Source of the DNA: Amoebophrya sp. A120
Lineage: Eukaryota > Protista > Dinoflagellata
Assembly (NCBI GenBank): GCA_905178155.1
Contig: CAJINV010000020.1
Location: 806,001-870,000, forward strand
Length of the DNA stretch: 64,000 bases
Direction: 5' to 3'
Under the pieces are notes generated by a model. It was not told the origin of the DNA, did no database searches, and saw only the letters and a list, made by a program, of their open reading frames with translations. Shown here piece after piece: positions 40,501 through 52,500 of the stretch; within the stretch, counting starts at the first letter, position 1, and the number at the start of each line of letters is the position of its first letter. A program made the translations under genes and the position numbers.

Positions 40501-43500
40501 TGCAATGCTGTTCCTCCAAAAAAGTTACACCTACAGTGTTTTTTTCTTGGATACAGACACGGGCCAACTTCTTTCAAAGGAGTGTCTATTCCGGCGATGG
40601 ACGAAATTCATTCCTGCTACCAACCGCTGCTGGACCCGCCGAAGTGCGGGGGCCAGTGGATCCGGCATTATCCAGCCCTGGACTACTGGCTGGGGGACAT
40701 TTGCACTCTTCCTTTGGCGTGGAACCAAGTTTGGACGGGCTTCAACCCCCAGAACCTCTGGCCCTGGGGAAGCAATTACCAGTGCCCCAACAAGAGGGTG
40801 TGCCACACCAAGCCCATAGCGCGCTGGATGTACAACCGATGGAGGCCCGCGTGCGTCGCCGCTCAGAAATGGGTGAGGAAGATGCATTATTTGCAAAAAA
40901 ATACGTATTTAAAAAATCAAAACCCGTGGCTGAAAATCACGGGATACCTCCCCAGCAAGATGGAGTGGAAGTGCCGCTTTCTCTGCGAGGTGCTCCCGGA
41001 GTGCACAATGTACTCCTACACGACACCAGCGGCCTTTTCCGGAGCCGGGTACCATTGCTGGATCAAGTGGGCGGCGCTGCAGGGCACCAAGCTCACCCGA
41101 AAGCCGCACGTCACGTCCGCGATCTGCAAGCCCCGCCTGTGCAAGCACCAGGGCTTCACGTGGAACGCGCACAGCCAGCGGTGCGAGCGGGAGCGCGTGT
41201 GTCGCGGAATGTGGAAGCCCTGGACCAAGTGCCGCTGTTCCGCCGCCAACACTATCCGGGTGTCAGGATCGAAATCGACAACGAAATCGAAAAAAAAATT
41301 GTAATGCGTAAAATGGAGGGCACGCATGGCCTGTATTGGGGAGCAGGCAAATGGGACCGCTTGCAAGCCTGATTAGGGGAAGGCGATGCGCTGCCAGAGT
41401 AGCACGACAGGAGCAGTCTCCTTTGCCCAAACAACGTCACAGACTGGAGTTTGGTGCTCCCGAAATTCGTCGCGCGCTACTTGAAATAAACTGAGGCTCC
41501 AAAGAACCGACTGGTATCGATTTTATGCGTGGCAAATGATTTCCACTTTGTCGACTTCGATCCTGACGTCCCCATAAACACCGGGCAGGGCGTACAGTTT
41601 CAGGAGTGGGTGAAATTTGCCTCGTCCCCGAAGCACGCGTTCAATGGCGCCAGCTGCGACAAAGCGCGGAAGATACGGAAGTGCAAGCGCCAGCACCCCT
41701 GCCGGGTCGACTGCAAGGGCGAGTGGCGGTTGCCGAGCCCCGGAGCCATGCGCGCAGACTGCGGCAAGAAAACCTGCGCCAACCGCTACCGAAAGCGGTG
41801 GCACGTGATCCGGGCCGCCACGCACGGGGTATCCACTGCAAATATGTCTGGGTCTGGAAGAAAGCAAGTCTGTCATGCTTGGGCTTGGCTGATAAGACAG
41901 AAAAGTCTACTGTCATGCTTGGTGCGCTACAGTGCCACTTGTTTGCCATGCAATAAAAAAGCCATTTGTCATGCGGTTCACGCTAGACATAGCCGCTCAG
42001 AAACTTGTAATGCGCGGCCCCCTAATAAGTACAGGTTGTGGTTGCGTATTTAGCATTACAACTTTCCAGGAGATCCAGACATATTTGCAATGCATACGGG
42101 GGCCGGGAGTGCCACTCCAACGGCCGCATCGTCCACGCGGGGGACCACAGCCGCGTCACCTTCAAGTGCGACGAGACGAAATTCAGGACCCAGCCGTGCG
42201 AGCACAACCGCGACTGCTATGGAGTTCTCAAACGTTACATTCTCAACTGTTACATGAATTTATGGCGGCGTCAACAATCTCACCACTATACTATATCAAA
42301 AAAAAAATATATCGTTTCTATTTCATCTCTTGGCGCGCCACGTTTTCCCACGCTTCTCCAAAATGGCCAGGATTTGTTGTGCTCAAGTGAGCACTTTTTG
42401 AACTGAGATTGACGACCTCGGGGGACGTCCTCCAAAAAGTGAGTACATTATCGAAAAAAACTAGGCTCGAAGCTCACTAGCATCGGTGCTAAATTTGGAA
42501 GGATAGCAGAAAAAGCGCGCTTTTTGAGGCTTGCGTGTGTGCAAAGAGGAGGAAGAATTAGCTAGCTCAAGGCAGCTAGCTCAAAGTCGCTACTGTTGCA
42601 TATCTATTTTAAAGTGGTAGCTCAAAATAGGTGCTTTCAGATACATAAATACGATATGAAATTTTTTTTGATATACTATAGTGGTGAGATTGTTGACGCC
42701 GCCATAGAATTTGTCATGCAAAACTACCATCATCATCCACAAGATGAAGCTGCTGCGCATGACAAATTTGCGGAGGGCCAAACAGCACCGAAATCTGCGC
42801 GGGATTTGTAATGCAATCTTTGCAATCTTCCCCCTTTTGCTTTTGCCATTCTTGCATTACAGATTCATGTAACAGTTGAGCATGTAACGTTTGAGAACGC
42901 CATAACTGCAAGGGGCACTTTGTGGACCCGGAGGACAAGGCGGAGCAGTGCCGAGCGCACAATTGTATCGCAGGAACAAAAGTGTTACAGTAGTTGTTAC
43001 ACATTTTTGTGTTGCAAGCCCAGCACCATGACAGACACAGACAACCTTTGTCATGCCGGATAAGCATAGGTGGAGCCTTGTTTCATAAATGTTTTCCCGT
43101 AGGATTTCTGCATTGCAAGTTTTCTCTCTCAAGCAGAGAAATTTGATGTGTTGCTGCATTGACAAGAACAAATCAATGTGTAAGTAACTGTAACACTTTT
43201 TTCTTGGGATAAATTGCGGAAAAAACTACTACCATAAGGTGTACAAAGTGATCCAGACGCGCTATTGCAAGGAAAAATCTCCCCTCCCTATATCGAACAC
43301 GAAATTTGTGATGCTGTATTTGAGTACACAAATTGTATTGCTAGAAAGCCAAGAGCCGCAGTTGTGGCCTCGTCGTTTATTGCAGGCAATTTGTCATGCT
43401 GATTCCCGCTTCCAGGTGCCTCCTGTCATGCTGAAGATGCCAGGCTTTCCCATGCCACCAAGCGCCAGCACTACAGTCCGCATCTTCTGCCTTCTAGCAT

Positions 43501-46500
43501 GACAAAGCTGATTTGTGGCCACAAATCTGCATCACAGCTATCCGCTTTGATATGGGCGGGAGGGGGGATTTCTCTTTTTGATACGCGCCATGGGACGGGA
43601 AAATCCTGCGACTACCTGGATGGGCACAAGAGCCAAAGAGAAACCGAGTGCGCGCACCAGAACCTGCCGAGCTGCGAATGCCAGGGCGGGTGGGGCGAGT
43701 GGTCCGAGTGCAGGTGCTCCAGGCTGAACAACGGCCACGGCGTGAAGCAGCGGGAGTTATCAAAAAGAAACATCCCCCCTCCCCATATCAAAACGGAAAC
43801 CTGTGATGCAGATTTGTTGTCACAAATCAGCTTTGTCATGCTACACGGGAAAAGATGCGGACTGTAGTGCTGGGTGGCGTTGGGAAGCCTTGCATCTTCA
43901 GCATGATAGGAGGCAGCTGAGAGTGGGAAACAGCATGAGAAATTGCCTGCAAACGGGGCCACGACTGCGGCTCTTGGCCTTCTAGCATGACAAGTCGATT
44001 TGTGACCTCAAATACAGCATCACAAATTTCGTTTTCGATATGGGGAGGGGGGATTTTTCCTTTTGATAGGAGTGGCGGAAGGCGGCCGGCAGTCCGAAAC
44101 AGGACCAGCACGGCAACAGCTGCGAACAGGGAACAGAGTATTAAATGCAATAAAATTACATATCGATCTGGGTGGTCTGGAAACTTGTGCTGCTAAAGTG
44201 CGGACTGGATGACCGATGATGCAGCCGCCAAGCATGGCAACGAACTGTCCAGCACGCTTTCTCACGCGCAGGCCGCATGACTAGTACAAGCTGCGTTTTT
44301 GTATGACCAAACAATAGGCTGCGTACTTCTGTTGGTCAACATGCGCTACGATACAGAAACAGATTTCGACTTCGCTAGATCATTGTAAGACCAGCATATA
44401 CGAAGTTCGAACTTTCTAGACCCAGATCGAAGTCGATATTTTCATTGCATACAGAGCTAGCCACCTGTCCTTCCATGCCCGCGAGCAAGAACTGCGACGT
44501 GGACTGCGATATCAACTGTAAAAATGTCTGGGTCTGGAAGAATCCAACTTGTCATGCTGATTTTGGATTCTAAAAAAATCTGTATTGCATGAGTGCCAAA
44601 GGAAATGCACTTTTTGCTACGCTGAGAAGGCATTTGTCATGCGGAATACGCATCAAGAAGCCCTCAAAAAATCTGTATTGCTAGGGTATGCATCACAGAC
44701 ATCATGGCTCATGCAAAACGTGCACGACAAGTGTCAGAATCTTCCAGACCCAGACACTTTTGCATTTGATATGCGAGGGGCACTGGGTGACGCCGGCGCC
44801 CGACGACCGGTGCCAGACGAAGGTCTGCGTATCCTGAGTAAAAACGTACCCACACCAGAGTCAGGATGGGGATTTTGCAACACAAACCTAGGAGTTTTGT
44901 GAGTCACGCATGACAAGTTGCACTCTGCAGTGTAGTGCAGGATAGCAAGTGCAGCCGCGTCACAGATTCATCTGCTCATCCTGTTCACAGCATCACAAAT
45001 TCCAAAACACGATTGGAAATGGCTCTCATGGGGATGCGCATTACAAGTCTTCCTGTCTTTGCAAATCTGCATTACAACTCTGGCGGAACATGTTGGTAAT
45101 GGTTGGTGGTTGGCAAAAAAGTTGGCTGTTGGCGATAAGTTGGTTTTTGGCAAAAGAGTATGGCAAGTGGCCGGGAGATGATGGTGATGGCACTTTGGTG
45201 TCCGCCTGACCTACCCCCCCTGCGTGTCAAGCCATCTGCGGCCTGGGGCAGAGGGGGGGGCAAAGTGTGCTGCAATTCCTTTAGCATTACAACTCTGGCG
45301 TGGGGACGTTTTTACTCAGGATACTGAGGTCGCGAGACGTACTCCCGCGTGTTCCACGTGACCCGGGAGCAGGCAAACGACGGGACGCCGTGCAATCACG
45401 AACACGGCGATACGGAGCCCCTCGAGTGCAACCACCCGCACTGTCTATGCATTGCAAAAATATCGTACTCGTATAAATGCATTACAAATTAAAATTATTT
45501 ACTCAGCATGAGAAAGAAAATTTGCAATGCGGATTTAACCTGAGAAAAAAATTTGTAAGGCATGACTGCGATTACTACGAGTGCGATATTTTTGCAGTTC
45601 ATGCTGTCCGGTGGACTGCGATTTCTACTGGGAGAAAACGGAGTGCAAGAAGGAGTGCGGGGAGGAGACGTACCAGCTGATCTACCGCATTCGCGAACAC
45701 GCCGCGTACGGTGGTCGCGAGTGTGAGTTCGCGGATGGGCACCCTTCACCTGAGACCCACATATGCATTGCAAAAGTATCGTATTCGTATAATTGCATCA
45801 CAAATTTCCTCAGCATGAGAAATGAAATTTGTAATGCGGATTTAGCTTGAGAACAAGATTTGTAATGCATGTTTGCAATTACAACTACGAGTACGATACT
45901 TTTGCACAGGATACCACAGCTGCGAACACGACCCCTGCCCGATCCCGTGCCAGGGGCACTGGACGCCGGCCCTCGACGAGCCTCCGCCGGTCGGTTCCTG
46001 TGTGAAGTCGTGCGGCCCCGAAGTCTACCACCGCATCTACAAACACACTCGGGAGGCGAAGTATGGCGGCGAGGAGTGCGATTACGACGACGGGTATGTG
46101 AGCAAACTGGCGCGCGACTGCGGCAACCCCGCCTGCACCGACTGCAAGCTCTCCGAGTGGGCCAAGCGCGGGCTCTGCTCCGTGACATGCTGCCCCCCGC
46201 CGCGCACGCATTGTATGCATTGCAAAATTACTTACCGTAGTAGTGTTGTATGGGAATTTTTGCATGAGAAGTTTTATTCCCAAAAAGAAAAGTGGAACTT
46301 GTCATGCAGATTTAGACGCAGGCGCAGATCTGTCATGCATGACTACAATTACTAGTGCGGTATTTATTTTGCGCGGGATGCATTGCGGGGTGCAGCGCTT
46401 GACCCGCCACGTGGTCCGGGAAGCGGAGGACGTATGAAAGCCTCAGAATGGAAATCCTGAAAGTGGAAATGATAATGATTTGTGATGCATGAAATGCGAC

Positions 46501-49500
46501 GCAAAAAACACTGTATTGCAGAGGACGCAATGGAGGCCGACTATTGTCCTGCTAGGGGCGAAGAATTGGAGTGCTGCTTAGCACGACAGAAGGGCACCCC
46601 TTTGCCTTAAGCTGCATGACAGACTTGCTTTAGGTGCCCGGAAAATTTGTCATGCGCCGACTACAAATGCCACTTCAACTGGACTCATTTTTTGGCATTA
46701 GAAATTATATCCACTTGTTTGACTTGAGGATTTCCAACCTGAGGCTTTCATAGGACGGCGGGCGCGTGTGCGACGAGTTCCGCCTGACCAAGGAAATGGC
46801 ATGCGAAAACATGCCGGCCTGCGTATCCTATGTAAAAACGTCCCCACACCACAGTCAGGATGAGGATTTTGCAACACAAGCCTAGGAGTTTTGTGAGTCA
46901 CGCATGACAAGCTGCACTATGTAGTGTAATGCAGGTTAGCAAGTGCAGCTGCATCACAGATTCATCTGCTCATCCTGTTCACAGCATCACAAATTCCAAA
47001 GCACGACTGTAAATGGCTCTCATGGGGATGCGCATTGCAAGTCTTCCTGTCTTTGCAAATCTGCATTACAACTCTGGTGTGAGTACGTTTTTACTCAGGA
47101 TACTGCGAGGACCCGGGGCCGGTGACCCCGGGCCCGAACCCGGTGGACGAGTGCGCGTTGTCCGAGTGGGTGCCCGTCAAGGACTGCTCCGTCAGTTGCT
47201 GCGAAGACGGTAGTTCCAGTTGCGGACGACAACTATTTGAGCGCAGCGAGGTTCTTATGGGACGCTGATTCTCAAACGTTACAGTCTGAACTGCTGTGGT
47301 GTTACAAGATTGGCGACGCGATGAACAAATTGCCATCGGCCACACCAGGATCTGGATCAAGCCACTTCGCATGACAAGAAATTCTGGTAGGGCTAGTTCA
47401 CAGCATCGATTTGTACTTATGCGAAAGGTGCAAACTTTTTTCTACTTTCAGTTTCACTTACGCGATTCTTGCATGTTGTAACTGCTGAGAGAGTAAAAAT
47501 AACGTTTGAGAATCCCATAGAGTTTTCCGAGAAGCAGGCGGGAAAGACCTGCCCGCACGCGCGGCTGCGAGAGGAGCGCGAATGCGTGGACATGCCGGGT
47601 TGTCCGGCAACGACGCCCCAGCTCCCGGTGACCATCTCGAGCACCCGATTTTCCACGGTCACGCCTCATTGGTCCACCAGCCACCCGGCCACGACCACGC
47701 CCGTACAGACCGGTTCCACCACACGGGAGCCTCCCTCGACCGCCACCAGCACGGGGCCGCAACCGGAGCCGCTCCCGCCCCCTCTCACAAGCACCAACGG
47801 CCCTGAGCCGCTACCGCCCCCGAAAACGACCCCGAGTACCAAGTGGCACCCCGAGACGACGCGCCCCCACACCACGGGCGCAACGCGGCCGCCGGACCCA
47901 AATACCTGGGCGCCGCCCACCACGCAGCCGGGGCCACATCCGACCGCCCCATACACACCGGCGCCCACAGTCTACAGCTCCACGCGGGCCACGACGACCA
48001 TCCCCGCGGCGCACACTTCAATGGAACCGACAAAGCCGCCGGTATTGTGATTGATCATGGTGTCTAATATAATTATTTGGATGTGGTGTTACAAGTACAA
48101 CAGAATTCTCGAGTCATTGTCATTGCTTGCATGTCGCAAGCACGACAAGCGCGATTTAGTGTCGTTTTCTCGTTTGATGCCCTGCTTCGTCAAGCGTCTT
48201 CTTCATGTCTGTCCCGTCTCAGCTTGTCACGGTCGTGAAGATGTTGGCTTCTGCACGAGCACGCGACTTCAACTGCATAAAGGCCTGGTACTGGTAGGAG
48301 GTGAAGACGCATTTTACTTCTTAGCACTTGCATCTATCAAAATCAAGGTCAAACGAACAAGAAGAAATTATTATGAATATATTTCAGGAAACGAGCGGCC
48401 TGGCGACTACCGCGCAGAGCACGGGGCAGAGCACTCCGGCAGAGACGACGGCCTTAACGTCGAGCACGACGCACACCGTGACCCGGACTGCCCCGGAGCA
48501 AGCGACCACGCGGTCCGCGGGCCCGACCACCTTCGCGTCTGTGACCTCCAGCACGGTCCCAACGTCGACTACTCTCCTTCCCGGGAGCACGCCGCCGGAA
48601 ACGCGGTCAACCACCGCCAGCAAGCACCTGACGACCCGCCCCCCGGAGACCGTGTTCACCCCGACGCAACCCCCGGAGGCGACGTCCAGTTTCGACCCGG
48701 GCGCAAGCACCGTGAGTTCGACACGAGCAACGACCTCAGTAGCGACCAAGACCGGGATTGAATATGCAGCGTTTCAAATGTGTCTGGGTCTGGAAAGGTG
48801 GAACCTGTATTAATGCGAGTCTTGCATTAGTGTACTGGAGATAAATTTATCTGTGTTGCATGAGCAGCAAACGAGCAGCTTCCCTTGTTATGCACAAAGG
48901 CAATTTGTAATGCGCTTTAGGCAGGAGCAGAGAGCGTCTCGAAAGTTTGTCATGCTTTCCTCCCATTGCAAGCATAGCGTTGCTGCAATAATGCGCACTA
49001 CAGGATCACAGGTTTTCGGAGGAGCCAGACATATTTGCAGTCGATATTGAAGACGTCAGCACGACTCCACCTCCCACGACGGGTATTACGTTTGCGCCGA
49101 CCTCAGTGCCGGAGGCTTCGATCAGCAGTACGCTGGTGGACAGCACTGAAATTGTCACTACGCCAGCGTCCACCACTCGAACTTCGACTTTTTCCTCACA
49201 AGCGTCAACCCAAGGCACCAGCACACTGACGGGCAGTACCAGCGCCGCCCCGGAGAGAACCACCAGCTACGTTCTTCCGGCCACAACGACCCACCGGGCG
49301 CCCACCACCTCGCATAGTGGAAATTTCACCGAGCAGGTGACCACTCCAGTATGGTCCACGCTGGGGCCAAGTTCGACGACGATTTCCGACTTCTGGCCGG
49401 GGGTGATTACTTCCGAGTCAATATCGACGACCAGGCTGCCGGAAGCCACTACGGTTGCACAGTCGACTACCGGGCAAAGTGCGACCACACGGACCGCGGC

Positions 49501-52500
49501 AAGCGTTACCGCCACCGGTGACGTTCTTTCCTCGACGACCTTGGTGGCCGACGAGCACACCACGCGCACGGGGAGTACAACTGGAGTAACGGTGGGTAGT
49601 ACTATTATGGAGACGAAAGCAAGTGGTGCTGCTGGTTTTGCTCTTGGTCTTACTCTACTGTGAAGGTCATCGCTTGTTCTTGCATCAGGTTCGACAGTTT
49701 TGCTCTTTGCATCAGGAGTTCATGTACTTGTGTGTAGGTAGGTCGTGCTTGTTCCCCACCTACTTCAACCTCGCCTTCATAGTTGTAGTTTTCTGCGTGC
49801 TGTTGTGTGTCCTAGAGGGAGCAGCTTGCCCCGTGGTAATCATTTAACCTCAACATTAACATTGCATGTAAAAACAAGGAAAGAAATCACAAAGAAATAG
49901 ATGCGCATGACGTCGGAGTCGATCCGAGAGCGCAGCTACAAGAACCGCTTTTCGTGTGCATACCTACCGAGCCTGCTTCTTCCACGACCGGGCAGGACCA
50001 GACTGGCAATGCTGTCGGCACCGTTTCCACAACGACTGAGCGCCTCCCGTCATCCACCCGGTATCCTGTGCAAAAGTATCGTATTCGTATAAATGCAAGT
50101 CTTGCATTACAAATCTCTGTCCTAAGGCAAATCTGCATTACAAATTTCATTTGTCACGCTGAGGAAATTTGTAATGCATTTATACGAGTACGATACTTTT
50201 GCACAGGATACCCGGTTCGCGGAAACGACGGGCGGGCCGAGTTCTACACCGCCATGGACGGGCACGCCCGAAGTCACTGTACCCACAAAAAAAAACCCAT
50301 TCCCATGATCCAATTTGTCATGCGAAGCATGCATCAAAGCGTGTGTTTGTCATGCAAAAACTGGATGTGGTTGGCGTGGGTCTTTATTTCTGTGGATACA
50401 CCCTCGCCTCCAGCTATTCTATCCCGCCGGAAGAGTTGTCGACAACTGCAGGCACCTCCACCTCCACTTGGACCGGCGGGGCTACCACCAAGACACCGAC
50501 GACCGAACCGCTCACGCAAGAAAAGACGACCTGGGCGCCGACGTCCACGCCGGTGGCAGACACCGTAAGCGTGACCGTGTCGACCACGACGGCCTCGACT
50601 ACCGGGGCGGAGACGACCGGGGTAGACGGGTCCCCGACCAGCGGGTTCTCGACAAAGCCTGTGACTTTGTTGTCGACGCCTGATGGATATCGAGTGGAAA
50701 TAGAAATATGTCTGGGTCTGGAAAAGTTTTGCAGAAGCAAGTTTGTCATGCAGGTTTGCGTGGTCTGGAACGGCAACGGGACGACACAGATGCAGGATCC
50801 AGTATCACAGCTTCTGCAAGAGGAAGAGCTTTGCAATCCCTATAGTCCTGCATCAGAACAAGTCTGTTCCCAGTGTGGACAAAAATGGACGATAGCCATA
50901 GCCTGCTTAGCTCCTACAACCCACGTTCTAACTCACGGAGAGCATCGCAAGTTTGGGTTCCAGACCTCCCAGACGACCTATTTGCAATGCATACCGAAGA
51001 TGCCCCTGGGAGCAGCACCGCCACGCTGCCGTTTTACTCCACGACATGGATCGCGGAAGACACCACGGCGCCCAGCACAAGCTCGGCTGCGTCGGTGTCG
51101 GACACGAGTCCGCGCTCGTCGACGAGTGCGCGTTATGCATTGCAAAAGCATGAGACTTCTCACTAGTCGTATTATTTGCCTTCTACTTGCAAATTTTCCC
51201 CAGTTGAACTGAAGTTGTAATGCTGAATTGCCTAAAGACGAAGGCAGATTTGTCGTGCGAGATCGCAATAAGTAGAAGTTAGTACAGGGTGCGATGCTTT
51301 TGCAGAGGATACGTCGTCTGAGGAAACCACACTAGCCACAAGATCGTTCAGCACGACGCGCAGCACCACGACCACGGGACCGCTGCCGAGCAGTTTGTTT
51401 TCCACGCCGGCCGGCACGAGCGGCTTGCCCACAACCGCGAGTTTGGCGACCGCGGAGACGTCGACGAAGCCGACGACTCGACCCCCGCCCGCCACGTCGC
51501 CGAGCCGCACGTCGCTCTCCTCGACTACCAGCAGTACGCGGCCGGGCGAAACGACCTTCGCGTCGCCGTCCAGCGAATCCGGGACCACCCCGCTCGAAAA
51601 TACAACCCCATTTTCCAGCACCACCACAAAAACCGACTCGACCACGGGAGCTGCACCGTGGGCCACCACTCTTTTTCCGCCGCAAAGCACGGTGTGGTCC
51701 GTCTCTTCGACTGACCCCGGCGGAGATCCCTCCACGTCGACGAGACCCTCCACGCGCACGGTCGAATCCACAACCACGACCGGACCGCTATACTCGACGA
51801 CGAAGCCGGTGACCGCCGAGCCCCCGACCACGTTTGTGTCGACGGGGGGGAGCGAGGGCGGCTGGGGCGAGGGGCCGGAGCTGCAGAAGGGCGCGGGGCC
51901 GGTGATCATCACGAAGATGTTCCCCATTTCGACGACCCGCGGCACCACGACGACGAGTCCCACCACGCTCGCCGCGAAACCGGTGGAAAATATCCAAACG
52001 ACGCTCGTGTTTACCCCCGCTGCTTTGTCGACGGCGAGTCCATCCACCAGTTTGCTCACCACCGCGAGCACCTCGGTGGCCAGCGGGGGAACCACGGGGC
52101 CGGAGGCGAGTTCAGGGAACATTGAGAGGGCCTTGTCCTGGACGACGATGGAGCCGACGACGGGCTACGGTGCGGAGCAAGACTACAATCAAACCACCAC
52201 AAAGCTTTTTCCAATGTCAACGACGCGGACCGATTCGACCACGGGCGTCGCGACCGACGCGAAAGGGGACGGGGGAGGGGGCGTTTCGAGCACCACGGCC
52301 TTGCCGTGGACGCAGTCTTCAACTGGGGGTGGCGGTGGAGCCTCCACAGACGAGCTTTTACGGGGTGGTCATCTGGTGTGGGAACAATCGAGAATGGAAG
52401 ATGAAAAATATTTGTGCCGCAAACTGCGGATGTTGATCTGGCTAATAGTGATAGTCACCTGTCTGCTCAGCATGGCAAACCTAGAATCTGTTCAGCATGG

